A stretch of DNA of 64,000 nucleotides from Candidatus Parcubacteria bacterium (GTDB taxonomy: Bacteria; Patescibacteriota; Minisyncoccia; UBA6257; HR35), in NCBI GenBank assembly GCA_026004535.1, contig BPJI01000001.1, positions 143,915 to 207,914 of the forward strand, read 5' to 3'. Positions 8,926 to 20,119 of this stretch are shown piece after piece. Both the position numbers and the translations under genes were made by a program. Under the pieces are notes generated by a model. That model made no database searches, was not told the origin of the DNA, and saw only the letters and a program-made list of their open reading frames with translations. Numbering within the stretch: the stretch's first letter is position 1; each line of letters starts with the position of its first letter.

Positions 8926-9922
8926 CTTGATTAAAAACAATACCTTTAATTTCTAAATGGGAAAGCAAAGCCAAAACTTGACCAAGATCAATTTTTGTTT
9001 TTTGAGAAATTTCAGCAATAGTTAAGCCTCCATTTTTTAAAACTTCAACAATCTCTTTCTCTTTTGGTGCTAAAGACAAATTTTTAATTTTTTGAGGAAT
9101 TTTGAAATCAAAAGCTCTTAGAATATCTTCGGTTTCAATAACCAAATTAGCGCCTTGTTGAATTAATCTCAAACTCCCCAAATAATTTTTATCATAAATT
9201 GAACCAGGAATAACAAAAATATCTTTACCGTAATTTAAAGCATAACGAGCAGTAATTAAAGCTCCAGAATCAATTGGCGCTTCAATAATCAAAATTCCAT
9301 CACTTAAACCAGCAACAATTCTATTTCTTAAAGGAAAATTTTCAGGTAAAGCAGGAGTCCCCAGGGGATATTCAGAAATTATTGCTCCGCCAACTTCCAA
9401 AATTTTTTCAATAAACTTTTTTCTTGGATCTTTTAAAATCAAATCTAAACCACAGCCAATAACAGCGATGTTTTCTTTTTTAGCTTCAATTGCTCCTTGA
9501 TGAGCACTTAGATCAATGCCATAAGCCAAGCCACTAACAATTAAAACACCAATCTGAGCCAAATTTTGAGAAAATTCAAAAGCAGTCTTTTTGCCTAATG
9601 AAGATGCTTTTCTTGTGCCAACAATACCAATTGTTAAAGGAAAATCTAAATTCAATTTGCCTAAAACAAAAATGCCTAAAACAGGTTCTTTAATTTTTCT
9701 TAATTTTTCAGGAAATTCCTTTTCTTTTCTTAAAATAATTTCACCTCCAATTTCTTTTAGTTTTTTATATTCCTCCTCCCAATCTTTCTTAAATTTAAAT
9801 TCTTTTTCCGTGATTTCAAAAATTTTCTTAAATGATTTATATTTTTTATAGAGAGTAAAAATTTTTTGGTTAGGTGGTCTAAAATTAGTTACAATTGCTT
9901 GAAAATAAATTTTTTCTTCCAT
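8882..9922 (-). CDS. dprA: DNA processing protein DprA (Smf)
   Basis: 346 aa; Rossmann-like DprA core (GIVGTRKASSLGKK...GLAYGIDLSAHQGA); C-terminal residues LAADLRGYN are encoded by the repeat array. Confidence 0.85.
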   Translation of the reverse strand: MEEKIYFQAIVTNFRPPNQKIFTLYKKYKSFKKIFEITEKEFKFKKDWEEEYKKLKEIGGEIILRKEKEFPEKLRKIKEPVLGIFVLGKLNLDFPLTIGIVGTRKASSLGKKTAFEFSQNLAQIGVLIVSGLAYGIDLSAHQGAIEAKKENIAVIGCGLDLILKDPRKKFIEKILEVGGAIISEYPLGTPALPENFPLRNRIVAGLSDGILIIEAPIDSGALITARYALNYGKDIFVIPGSIYDKNYLGSLRLIQQGANLVIETEDILRAFDFKIPQKIKNLSLAPKEKEIVEVLKNGGLTIAEISQKTKIDLGQVLALLSHLEIKGIVFNQGGKFYLAADLRGYN

Positions 9923-10259
9923 GATTCAATTTTTTTGGTTCATTGATTTTATTGGTTTATTTTTGGCTAGATTAATTTTAAGCCTCTTTCTTTTTAAAGA
10001 ATATTTACGAAAAGAACATGGATTTTCTTTTCTTTATCTAATTTTATCAATTTTAATTTTTTTGGGCTATTATTCTTCTTTTGTTTTTATTTTTTTAATT
10101 GTTCTCGAAGTAATTGTTTTAATTAAAAAAATTATTTTTGATAAGGTAAAACTATTTGATTTAGAATATCTCTTTTTAAGAATTGCTTTAGCCATAGTTT
10201 ATCTTTTTGTTGGTCCAGGTCTTTTAAGTTTAGATAGAATGTTTAATATTAGATTTTAA
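9921..10259 (+). CDS. Hypothetical polytopic membrane protein
   Basis: 112 aa; very hydrophobic; no recognisable motifs. Confidence 0.35.
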   Translation: MIQFFWFIDFIGLFLARLILSLFLFKEYLRKEHGFSFLYLILSILIFLGYYSSFVFIFLIVLEVIVLIKKIIFDKVKLFDLEYLFLRIALAIVYLFVGPGLLSLDRMFNIRF

Positions 10260-11510
10260 ATGAAAAAATTAATAATTTTCCCCTTTATTTTTAAAATTGC
10301 TTTTGCTTTAACAATTACTGAAATTATGTATAATCCTGAAGGTAATGATTTGGGCAGGGAATGGATTGAGGTTTTTAATAACTCTGATCAAATAATCCAG
10401 ATTTTATCAGGTAAAAACGGTTGGCGAATTAATGACGGTAAAAATCACTTATTTGAGGAAAGTTTAACAGTCGGACCTCAAGAAATATTTATTATTGTTC
10501 AAGATAAAAATTTATTTTTTAAAGACTACTCAGATTTTAAAGGTAAATTAGTTCAGGCTAATTTTTCTTTAAAAAACGAATCTGGTATCATTCAAATTTA
10601 TGATAATAATAAAAATTTATTAGCTGGAGCTAATTATCAAAGCTCTTGTGGTGGCAATAATGATGGTTATTCGATAATTTTTGAAAATGGTGTTTGTAAA
10701 GAAAATAAGATTAAAGGAGGAACTCCAGGTAGTTTATTGGTTGCCGATAAAGATATAAACCAACAGTCATTTTCAGCAAATTCTCAATTATCAACTATAA
10801 CACCAATCACAAATTTAGATACAACCTCAACCCAAGAATCAAATTTAACTCAACAATCAATTTCAACTAAAGAAACCCAACCAACATTAATAATCTCTGA
10901 ATTTTTACCTAATCCTGAAGATAACGACCAAGGTAAAGAATTTATTGAAATTTTTAATTACGGTGATGAAGTGATTGATTTAAATAAATTTGTTTTAGAA
11001 ATAAATAAGAAAAAAATAAAACTTTCTGGGCAAATTGAGCCTGAAGAGTATTTTTTAATAACTAATAAAGATTACAACTTTTATCTTAGAAATAACGGCG
11101 AAGAAATATCTCTTTATTTTAATAACGAGAAAATTTTTTCAATTAGTTATCAAGGTAAAGCACCACAAGGTAAAAGTTTTGCTCGAAACCAAAATGGTGA
11201 TTGGCAATTTACTCAACCAACTCCAGGAAGAGAAAATGTTTTTTATGAGTTACCCGGATATAAACCGGATAATAATTACCCGGATTTAGACCGGATAATA
11301 CTACCCGGATTCAAATCGGATTTATCTGATAATAATCCGCGTAATATTTCCGGTGATCATCCGGGTAATCTATCCGGTAATCATCCGGGCAATAACCTGG
11401 CTTCAATTCAATCATTAAACCAAAACAATTTAAAAAATGAAATAATTTATATCAGTGGAGCTTTATTAATCATAATAATATTAGTTTTTCTCGTTTGGTA
11501 TAAATTATAA
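10260..11510 (+). CDS. Secreted/cell-surface protein with two lamin-tail (LTD) domains and a C-terminal TM anchor; carries an in-frame CCGGATAA-repeat insert
   Basis: Signal peptide; two LTD-like segments (ITEIMYNPEGNDLGREWIEVFN..., IISEFLPNPEDNDQGKEFIEIFN...); insert ELPGYKPDNNYPDLDRIILPGFKSDLSDNNPRNISGDHPGNLSGNHPGNN; terminal hydrophobic helix. Confidence 0.7.
   Translation: MKKLIIFPFIFKIAFALTITEIMYNPEGNDLGREWIEVFNNSDQIIQILSGKNGWRINDGKNHLFEESLTVGPQEIFIIVQDKNLFFKDYSDFKGKLVQANFSLKNESGIIQIYDNNKNLLAGANYQSSCGGNNDGYSIIFENGVCKENKIKGGTPGSLLVADKDINQQSFSANSQLSTITPITNLDTTSTQESNLTQQSISTKETQPTLIISEFLPNPEDNDQGKEFIEIFNYGDEVIDLNKFVLEINKKKIKLSGQIEPEEYFLITNKDYNFYLRNNGEEISLYFNNEKIFSISYQGKAPQGKSFARNQNGDWQFTQPTPGRENVFYELPGYKPDNNYPDLDRIILPGFKSDLSDNNPRNISGDHPGNLSGNHPGNNLASIQSLNQNNLKNEIIYISGALLIIIILVFLVWYKL
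11250..11398. repeat. In-frame CCGGATAA-family repeat array inside the LTD protein gene
   Basis: ttacccggatataaaccggataataattacccggatttagaccggataatactacccggattc...catccgggtaatctatccggtaatcatccgggcaa. Confidence 0.8.
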
Positions 11511-12083
11511 GAAATCAAAAACAATGTTTTTATATTTTTTGACCAAGAAATCATGTCTATCTTTTTCAACTTTAGTCAAAATATTTTGAGCTACAGGCTG
11601 TAATAAATGATGTTTAAATTTCAACCCCCAAATACTACTTTCAATTCCTCCAATGGCTACAAATTCTCCTAAAATTAATTTTTCACTAATTAAATATTCT
11701 AAAGAATGATTGATTCTTAAAGATGTAAAACCCAAAAGGAAATAAGCAAAAGATAATTTGACCAAGTCTTCTTCGTTTAGAAATTCTTTAGTTAGATTAA
11801 AAATTGGTGCTGTAGTTAAAATTTCAAGTTTAGTAATATCCTGATGATTGATTTCTGAATGAAATAAATTATGTAAAGCTAAATAGATCAGACTCCATCT
11901 TTTTGTTTCATTTTTGTCTAAAGGAGGAGAGTCAAACTTTGCTAAATGTTGGGGTAAAACATTAATCGAGGCTAAAAATATTTTTGCTTCTTCAGGTGGT
12001 AATGCTTTTAAGTCAAAATAATCATTAGCAAGATCCCTTTTTTCTAAAATTATTTTTATGTTTTCTAAGGTTTTATCCGTCAT
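11505..12083 (-). CDS. Hypothetical protein
   Basis: 192 aa ORF with coding-like composition; no confident motif. Confidence 0.4.
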   Translation of the reverse strand: MTDKTLENIKIILEKRDLANDYFDLKALPPEEAKIFLASINVLPQHLAKFDSPPLDKNETKRWSLIYLALHNLFHSEINHQDITKLEILTTAPIFNLTKEFLNEEDLVKLSFAYFLLGFTSLRINHSLEYLISEKLILGEFVAIGGIESSIWGLKFKHHLLQPVAQNILTKVEKDRHDFLVKKYKNIVFDFL

Positions 12084-12343
12084 TTTTAAAAAGGGCCCTT
12101 TTAGCGGGGGCCCATCTTGTAAATTATTTTTTTGTTTTTTATAAAATTAAATTAAGACCCCCGCTTTCTGGGAATCTTTATTTGCCAAATAATAAATTTA
12201 AAAGTTAATCCACTGTTCATCGTTAAATAAATTATAACTTAAAAAATTTTTGATGTCAAGCCTGGTTTTCCACAGTCTAAATTTTGTTTTTTTTAAATTT
12301 TGTCTTAAAATTAATTTAGGTCGTAATTAATTAAATTAATTAA

Positions 12344-13030
12344 ATGCCTTATCAACAAAACCTAACACCGACAGATATATTAAATAACTATCTTCTATCT
12401 TTTATTCCTTCTTTAACTAATGCTCTTTTAAGTTTATTGGCTGCAGTTGTTGTTTTTGTCGTTGGTTGGTTAGTGGCTATGTTGATAAAATTTGTGCTCG
12501 AATATGTTCTGTCCAAAATTCAAATAAAAGAGTGGTTAAACAAATCTGGCTTGGGTAAATATGTCGAAGATTTTAGTTGGGAAGAAAGATTAGACAAAGT
12601 TTTAGCTGAAATCGGATTTTGGATTGTTTTGACTATCTTTTTGATGACTTCATTTGACATTTTGGGTCTTTCAGTTGTTAACTCTTTTCTTCGTGGTGTT
12701 ATTAGTTATATCCCCAAAGCAATTGCTGGTGGTTTAATTCTTTTAGCTGGTTTTATATTTGGTGAGTTAGCTAGAAAATCTCTTGTAGGGGTTTTACGAG
12801 CTTTAGAAAGGAAAAGCGCTAGCGGGATCAGTGTTTTTATTAAATGGACAATCATAGTTTTTTCTTTTCTAGCAGCTTTAAACCAATGGGGAATTGCTGT
12901 TGAAATTATTAATACTTTGGCCATGGGTTTAGTTTTATTTATAGCAATTGCCGGTGGTTTAGCTTTTGGTCTTGGTGGCCAAGAGACAGCTAGAGAAATT
13001 TTAGAAGTAATTAAAAAACATTTTAAATAG
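12344..13030 (+). CDS. Membrane protein with repeated TM-helix motifs (MscS-like N-terminal/TM_helix-type)
   Basis: 228 aa; several hydrophobic helices with repeated G-rich segments (AGGLILLAGFIFG..., IAGGLAFGLGG). Confidence 0.45.
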   Translation: MPYQQNLTPTDILNNYLLSFIPSLTNALLSLLAAVVVFVVGWLVAMLIKFVLEYVLSKIQIKEWLNKSGLGKYVEDFSWEERLDKVLAEIGFWIVLTIFLMTSFDILGLSVVNSFLRGVISYIPKAIAGGLILLAGFIFGELARKSLVGVLRALERKSASGISVFIKWTIIVFSFLAALNQWGIAVEIINTLAMGLVLFIAIAGGLAFGLGGQETAREILEVIKKHFK

Positions 13031-13033
13031 TAC

Positions 13034-13062
13034 TTGACAAAATATTGATCTTATATTATAAT
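13034..13062 (+). promoter_or_regulatory. Consensus sigma-70 promoter for the 23S-5S rRNA unit
   Basis: TTGACA (13034-13039), 17-nt spacer, TATAAT (13057-13062); ~360 nt upstream of the 23S 5' end. Confidence 0.7.
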
Positions 13063-15985
13063 ATATTAGTATGTAGACAATTGCCGAAACGTGTTAACTA
13101 CCAGGATAGACTACTGGATATAATTACGAGGATTAATGATGAATAAATTAGGTCTATATCCTGGTAGTATTATTCGGATCATATCCGAATAAAAATATTG
13201 TCAGTGGTTGTTCGTATTATTTTATATTGATTTAGTTTTTGATATTTGAATCTTAAGTAAATCAAGCGAAGAGTTTGCAGATCTAATTTTAATCTTAATT
13301 ACTTTTTTATTCTGGAGTAACATTAGTAGTGTTGAATTTTATTGTTCGCTAAAATAATATATCCTAAACCAAATTGGTTTAGGTTTTAGGATGCAGTGCT
13401 GAGATGACAAGGTCCAGCAAAAAAGTTACAGGCTAAAGGTGGATGCCTTGGGAGGAAGAGGCGATGAAGGACGCGGCTAGGCTGCGATAAGCCTGGGGGA
13501 GGCGCCGAGCAGCCATTGATCCCAGGATTTCCGAATGGGGCAACCTGACTGGAGCAAACTCCAGTCACCTTCCTTTTAAGGAGGGGGCGAACCCGGGGAA
13601 GTGAAACATCTCAGTACCCGGAGGAAAAGAGACCAATAGGCATTCCCTGAGTAGCGGCGAGCGAAAAGGGAGGAGCCCAAACACTTGTTCCGCAAGGAAC
13701 AAGTGGGTTGTAGGAACAAGACTTCCCTTAAATGGAGAGGGATAAAAGACTATTAGTCGAAGCATCCTGGAAAGGAGCGCCAAAGAGGGTGAAAGCCCCG
13801 TAGGCGAAAATAGTCTTTTATCTTGCGTCTTGTTTCCTGAGTACCTCGAGGAACGAAAGCCTTGGGGGAAACAACCGGAACCATCCGGTAAGGCTAAATA
13901 CTCTTCCTCACCGATAGTGAACTAGTACCGCGAGGGAAAGGTGAAAAGCAGGCCGGTGAGGCCGGTGAAATAGAACCTGAAACCTTTAGCCTACAAAGAG
14001 CACAAGCCCGTAAGGGTGAGTGCGTGCCTATTGAAGAATGAGCCGGCGAGTTTAGAGTATTGCCTTGTCTAAGTGCGGTTAAGCACGAAGGCAGAGTGAA
14101 AGCGAGGGTTAAAAGCCCGCCATAGGCAATACTCTAAGACCCGAAGCCAGACGATCTTACCATGGCCAGGGTGAACTTCACCGAAAGGTGAGGGGAGGCC
14201 CGAACCCGTTGGTGGCTCAAAACCATGGGATGAGCTGTGGTAAGGAGTGAAAAGCTTATCGCGTCTGGGAATAGCTGGTTCTTCCCGAAATAGCTTTAGG
14301 GCTAGCGGCTGTTAATAAGCCTTTGGAGGTAGAGCACTGATGAATTGGTAAAGGCCGAAAGGTCAGCCAATTCGTCAAACTCCGAATGCCAAAGGTTTTT
14401 TCCAGCTAGTCAGTCTATGGGGGATAAGCTCCATGGACAAGAGGGAAACAACCCAGACCATTGGCTAAGGTCCCTAAATCCTAGCTAAGTGGAGAAGGCA
14501 GTGGTTTTTCTCAGACAGATAGGAGGTTGGCTTAGAAGCAGCCATCCTTTAAAGAGTGCGTAACAGCTCACTATCAGAGAAAAATCGCGCCGAAAGATAA
14601 ACGGGGCTAAGCTAGGTACCGAAGCCATGGACCCTGTACTAAAAATACAGGGTGGTAGGGAAGCATTCCATTCGCGTTGAAGGTCTATCCGCGAGGAGGA
14701 CTGGAGCGAATGGAAGAGAGAATGCCGGCATGAGTAACCGCAAATCGCCTGAGATGGGCGATCGCCGTAAGGTCAAGGTTTCCTTGGCAATGGAAATCAG
14801 CCAAGGGTTAGGCAGGACCTAAGGTGTAGCCGAAAGGTGAAGCCGATGGAAAGCCGGTTAATATTCCGGCCCCACCTTGCTTGGCGATGGGGTGACGAAG
14901 GAAATAAGGAAAAGAGGAGTAATGGTTATCCTTTCTGTTTGAGCTAGACTGGAGAAGGAGGAAAATCCCCTTCTCTGCCTTCAATGGTAACAGTCGTTCA
15001 AACAGAGAAGCCTGTTTTTGCAGGCAACTTTTCCGAAGAGCCTTCCAGGAAAAGCCTCTAAGCTTAAAAGCAAGGTGCCTGTACTGGAAAACCGACACAG
15101 GTGGCCGAGGCGAGTAGCCTAAGGCGAACGAGTGAGACCTCCTCAAGGAACTCGGCAAAAAAGCGGGCGTAACTTCGGGATAAGCCCTGCCAAAATGGAT
15201 GTTGGAGGTTAGAGATTAGAAGTTGGATTTAATTTTTCCAACTTTATTATCTTTAACTTCCGACTTCCAATTTTTGGCCGCAGCGAAAGTTCCCCTGGCG
15301 ACTGTTTATCAAAAACACAGCTCCCTGCTTAACTGGTTAACAGGATGTATAGGGGGCGACGCCTGACCTATGCCGGAATGTTAAAGTCTTGGGGTTTTGA
15401 GAAAATTTATTTTCTCAAGGCTCACGGGACTAAGCACCGGTAAATGTCGGCGGTAACCCTGACCGTCCAAAGGTAGCGCAATTCCTTTCCGGGTAAGTTC
15501 CGGAGCGCATGAAAGGCGTAACGACTGGGGGACTGTCTCGAGGAGGCGCTCGGTGAAAATGCAATCCCCGTGAAGATGCGGGGTACTGGCAGCGGGACGA
15601 AAAGACCCTAGGAGCTTTACTGGGCTCACTCATTGATTTTGGCTTAATGGTGCACAGCGTAGTGGGGAGGCGATGAAACTTTGCTTTCGGGCAAAGTGGA
15701 GCCGTCAATGGAACACCCACCATCATTAAGTTAAGGTCTAACCCAAGGCAGAACCTTGGGGACAGTGAGTGGGGGCCAGTTTTGCTGGGGCAGCAGCCTC
15801 CTAAAGAGTAACGGAGGCGTTCAAAGGTTGGCTTGTCCTGGATGGAAACCAGGATGAAAGTGTAAAGGCATAAGCCAGCCTGACTGCAAGGCTGACAGGC
15901 CGAGCAGAGGCGAAAGCCGGACTTAGTGACCCGACGGCTCTTTATGGAAAGGCCGGAGACAACGGATAAAAGTTACCCTAGGGAT

Positions 15986-16828
15986 AAAGGTTGAAATAAA
16001 CCTGTTGTCCTCCCTCTTGGTAACAAGAGGGTAACAAAAACGCCTTATAACGGTAGAGCCTGAAAGGGTAATACCGTGGGAAGTTAAGAAGGTAAAAATG
16101 AAAATAACTAAAGAACAAAAAGCAGCTTTGATTGGAATGATTTTAGGCGATGGTTATTTACAGTCAACTGGAAAGAAGAATGCCAGATTAAGATTAGAGC
16201 ATAGAGCGCAACATTATGAATATCTGGTTTGGAAAATGAAATTGTTGCCACAACTTTTTCAAGGTAAACCGAAAATAATAAAAAGACAACACCCCTTGAC
16301 AAAAAGAATTTATAGTTATGTTAGATGCCAATCAAATTCTTCGCCTTTGTTGGGAAAGTTAAGAAGATTGTTTTATCAAGATGGTCAAAAGAAAATCCCT
16401 GAAAATATAGAAAAACTGCTAATTGATGATCTTACATTTGCAATCTGGTTTTATGATGACGGTTATTATTCTAAAAAGGATGGTTATTGTGCTATATATT
16501 TGGGGAAGATTTCTTTTGCTGAAGCTAAACTTTTGAGTCAAGCAATAACCAATAAATTCAATCTTAAAAATAAAGTTGTTGATAAAAAGAATAAAGGCTT
16601 TATGTTGTACTTTCCAGCAAGTGAGAAGATAAAGATCAAAAATATTCTTCAAAAATATTTTGTTCCAATAATGAGTTATAAAATACCTTCTTAACCCCGT
16701 AACGACTGAAGTGTTAAGCTGAGAGACAGAGATATCTACTCTGTCTAAGACGGCGTTCTCATACAAAAAATGGAGATTAGACTCCATTTTTGTATGATGA
16801 AGATATAGTCTAATCCTTAAAGGATTGA
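15986..16828 (+). mobile_element. Group I intron in 23S rRNA at the GGGAUAA/CAGGC (omega-type, E. coli ~2449) site
   Basis: Exon sequence resumes as aacaggctggttgggcccgagagtccatatcgacgg; intron ends in G after a 5' exon U; contains a LAGLIDADG ORF. Confidence 0.75.
16098..16694 (+). CDS. LAGLIDADG homing endonuclease (intron-encoded)
   Basis: 198 aa; [11 protein letters not shown] motif plus a second half-site motif region; located inside 23S intron 1. Confidence 0.8.
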   Translation: MKITKEQKAALIGMILGDGYLQSTGKKNARLRLEHRAQHYEYLVWKMKLLPQLFQGKPKIIKRQHPLTKRIYSYVRCQSNSSPLLGKLRRLFYQDGQKKIPENIEKLLIDDLTFAIWFYDDGYYSKKDGYCAIYLGKISFAEAKLLSQAITNKFNLKNKVVDKKNKGFMLYFPASEKIKIKNILQKYFVPIMSYKIPS

Positions 16829-16953
16829 ACAGGCTGGTTGGGCCCGAGAGTCCATATCGACGGCCCAGCTCGGCACCTCGATGTCGGCTCACCCTAGCGC
16901 GGGGCTGAACAAGGTCCCAAGCGTCGGGCTGTTCGCCCGTTAAAAGGGTACGT

Positions 16954-16989
<36 letters not shown>

Positions 16990-17035
16990 TTATCTGCTGT
17001 CAGCGTTTGGAAGCCTGAGAGGAGCTGGACCTAGT

Positions 17036-17848
17036 AAATAATTGCTACTTCCTTGAGTAATCAAGGATGACAAAGTGGCTCATAACGGTAAAAGCCAGGG
17101 TTGGTCGGATAAACATCCTCACATAGACAGTCGGTCCCTGTCTATGCTATAATTTACTTGAGGACCGATGTTAACCTGAGGCTAATACCGTGGGAAGTCA
17201 ATCTAAAGCGAACAAAATTCATTTAGCTTATATTACTGGCTTTTTAGATGGCGATGGTAGTTTAATGATGCAAATTAAAAAGAGAAAAGATATTCAAAAC
17301 GGAAAAAGATTTAGTCAACTATTTGTTTTTATCAAGACAGTGGTCATGAAAGGCCACTGTTCTGGATTAGAAAGCAATTAGGCATCGGTTATATAAGTAG
17401 AAGGAATGATGGGATTACTGAATTAAGAATTAATGGATGTCGAACTATGGCAAGAATCTTAAAAATGCTGAAGCCGTATATAAAATTTAAAGTTAAACAA
17501 GTAGATATTATGATAAAATGCGGGCAACTTCTCCAAAGGAAGTTGAGCGAAAATAATTTAAAGAAAATAGCAGTGTATATCTATGAACTGCAGAAAGCCA
17601 ATTATGCAACTAGACGCAAGAAAACATTATCAGAAATTTGTCAAGCTTTAGGTTTGACCCCGTAACGACTGAGGCGAAAGCCGAGGGTTGAGATTTTTAT
17701 CTCAGCCAAGACGCCACCACCTACAACAAATGGAGGTGAGAAGTTAGAGATGGGGAATGAGTAATTAATTCTCGCGTCTCATCTCGCACCTTCATTAGTC
17801 GTAGGTTGAAGGTATAGTCTACTCCTTCTAGTAATAGAGGGGTTAGTG
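17036..17848 (+). mobile_element. Second group I intron in 23S rRNA, inserted in the sarcin-ricin-loop region (CCUAGU/ACGAGAGGACC)
   Basis: 5' exon ...ggagctggacctagt; 3' exon acgagaggaccggtctgg; shares ...taataccgtgggaagt... and ccccgtaacgactga...aagacg blocks with intron 1. Confidence 0.7.
17190..17665 (+). pseudogene. LAGLIDADG homing endonuclease split into two ORFs (frameshift)
   Basis: ORF 17190-17381 has YITGFLDGDGSL; ORF 17447-17665 continues a LAGLIDADG C-terminal half in another frame. Confidence 0.65.
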
Positions 17849-17927
17849 ACGAGAGGACCGGTCTGGGGCAGCCTCTGGTGTAGGAGTTGTTCCTCCAGGA
17901 GCATAGCTCCGTAGCTAAGCTGCCAAG

Positions 17928-17960
<33 letters not shown>

Positions 17961-18170
17961 CACCTCAAGATTAGGCTTCCCCATTAGGCCCCGGATAGAC
18001 CATCCGGTTGATAGGCCACAGCTGTAAGCTCCGTAAGGAGTTGAGGCAAGTGGTACTAATGGCCGATTGTTTTGCTGGACTTTGTCATCTCAGCACTGCA
18101 TCTTTTCCCCAATATACAGAACTATCAGAACTGGCGCAGAACTTACAGAATTGATTTATTAATTGCTTTT

Positions 18171-18296
18171 CCTCCCCGTGGTCGTATGTCTAGTCTGGAA
18201 CCACCCCTTACATTCCGAACAGTCAGGTGAAACAGACTAGAGCCGATGATAGTCCTTTAAGGGCGAAAGTAGGTACTGCGGGGAGGATTTTTAATT
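18171..18296 (+). rRNA. rrf: 5S rRNA
   Basis: cctccccgtggtcgtatgtctagtctggaaccacc...ccgaacagtcaggtgaaac...gtactgcggggagg with terminal helix pairing. Confidence 0.85.
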
Positions 18297-18309
18297 TATA
18301 ATTAAATGA

Positions 18310-19059
18310 ATGAATAAAAGACTAAAAAAACAAATTATTTATGGAACAATAATTTTTTTATTTTTCGCAGTTTTTACTTTTTTAATTTATCTAAAATTAA
18401 AAGGACCAACTGTTGCTTCCTGTTTTGACGGTAAAAAAAATCAAGATGAGGAAGGGATTGATTGTGGAGGTTCATGCCCTCCTTGTGAATTAAAAACTTT
18501 ACAACCATTAAAAATTTATCCAACTCAATTTTTGGTTTATGAAAACTCGATGGATATTATTGGCTTAATTGAAAATCCAAATTCAAATTTAGCTTTGAAA
18601 AAACTTAAATATTATTTTGAAATTTATGATATCGACAACGTTTTAAGAGCAACAACAACAATCAGAGAGACAAACTTAGAACCAGAAATAAAAAAATATT
18701 TATTAGAGATAAAACAACCTAAACCAGAATTTATTATTAGTGGTATAAAATTAAAAATTTTAGAACCACTGGCCAAAGATTGGCTTAAAAAAGAGAAAAC
18801 AAAATTTTCAGTGAGTTATTATAATGAAAAACTTGTTCAAGAAGATGATAAATGGAAAATTAAACTCACTTTATTTAACCAATCTTATCTAACTCAAAAT
18901 TTAGAGGTTATTGGTTTGGTTTATAATAAAAATAATACCTTAGTTGGTGTTGGTAAAACTTTTGTCTCTTTAGCTTCGCAAGAGGTTAAAGAAATTTATA
19001 TTTCTTTGCCTAGTTTATTGACTCAACCAGCAGGATTTGAAATTTATTTTCAACAATGA
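18310..19059 (+). CDS. Hypothetical membrane-anchored protein with a Cys-rich motif
   Basis: 249 aa; N-terminal TM; CFDGKKNQDEEGIDCGGSCPPC. Confidence 0.45.
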   Translation: MNKRLKKQIIYGTIIFLFFAVFTFLIYLKLKGPTVASCFDGKKNQDEEGIDCGGSCPPCELKTLQPLKIYPTQFLVYENSMDIIGLIENPNSNLALKKLKYYFEIYDIDNVLRATTTIRETNLEPEIKKYLLEIKQPKPEFIISGIKLKILEPLAKDWLKKEKTKFSVSYYNEKLVQEDDKWKIKLTLFNQSYLTQNLEVIGLVYNKNNTLVGVGKTFVSLASQEVKEIYISLPSLLTQPAGFEIYFQQ

Positions 19060-20030
19060 AAAGAATTTTAACTGGCATTAAACCAACAGGTGAAGTTCAG
19101 TTAGGTAATTATTTTGGAATGATCAAAGAAGTTGTCAAGCTTCAGGATAAATATGAAGTTTTTTTGATGATTGCTGATTTACATGCTCAAACAGTTCCCT
19201 ATGATCCTAAAGAATTGAAATCTTTGACTTATGATTTAGCAGCATCTCTGATTGCTTTAGGTATTAATACTAAAAAAACAGTTCTCTTTAAACAATCAGA
19301 TGTTCCAGCTCACTTATGTTTATATTGGATTTTGGGTTGTTTAAGTTATTTTGGTGAGCTTCAAAGAATGCATGAATTTAAAGAAAAAAGTCAAAGATAT
19401 AAAAAGCAAGGAATCGGAACCGGAATTTTTATGTATCCAGTTTTACAAGCTGCTGATGTCTTAATTTACAATCCTGATTTAGTGCCAATTGGTCAAGATC
19501 AGGTTCAACATTTAGAATTAACTCGAGAATTAGCGCGTAGGTTTAATCAAAGATTTGGTAAATTATTCAAGATCCCTGAAATTCATTTACAAAAAGAGAC
19601 GGCTAAGATTATGAGTCTCAGTGATCCAACAAAGAAAATGTCAAAATCATTGCCTGAAGGCTGTTTAGAAATTTTTGCTGACGAAAAAGAAATTAAGGAC
19701 AAAATAAGAAAAGCCATTACTGATTCTGGCAATGAGATTAAATATAATCCTGAAAAGAAGCCTGGTATTAGTAATTTAATGATTATTTATAAATATTTAA
19801 CCAACAAATCTTTAACTGAAATTGAGCAAGAGTTTTCAGGCTTGGGCTATAGTTATTTTAAAGAAAAAATTATTGAAGCTTTTTTTGAATACTTTAAAAA
19901 TGCTCGAGACAAGAAAGAAAAAATTAAGAAACAAGAAATTGATAAAGTCTTAATCAGGGGAGCAAAAATTGCAAATAAAGTAGCTAATCAAAATCTGGAA
20001 AAAATTTTAAAGATAACCGGTTTAAAATAA
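19056..20030 (+). CDS. trpS: Tryptophanyl-tRNA synthetase
   Basis: 324 aa; TGIKPTGEVQLGNYFG (HIGH-region equivalent) and KMSKS motif. Confidence 0.9.
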   Translation: MKRILTGIKPTGEVQLGNYFGMIKEVVKLQDKYEVFLMIADLHAQTVPYDPKELKSLTYDLAASLIALGINTKKTVLFKQSDVPAHLCLYWILGCLSYFGELQRMHEFKEKSQRYKKQGIGTGIFMYPVLQAADVLIYNPDLVPIGQDQVQHLELTRELARRFNQRFGKLFKIPEIHLQKETAKIMSLSDPTKKMSKSLPEGCLEIFADEKEIKDKIRKAITDSGNEIKYNPEKKPGISNLMIIYKYLTNKSLTEIEQEFSGLGYSYFKEKIIEAFFEYFKNARDKKEKIKKQEIDKVLIRGAKIANKVANQNLEKILKITGLK

Positions 20031-20035
20031 TATCT

Positions 20036-20119
20036 TGACAAAGAAAGTGCTTTTATGATAAAATTTGAAGGTCGCCGAAGAAATCCCGCATCTTTAAAAG
20101 AGTAAGTCGGGACGAGGCA
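20036..20119 (+). promoter_or_regulatory. Promoter (TTGACA...TAAAAT) plus a structured 5' leader upstream of rplJ, likely an L10 autoregulatory leader
   Basis: tatcTTGACAaagaaagtgcttttatgaTAAAATttgaaggtcgccgaagaaatcccgcatctttaaaagagtaagtcgggacgaggca; position and pairing potential resemble rplJ leaders. Confidence 0.45.
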
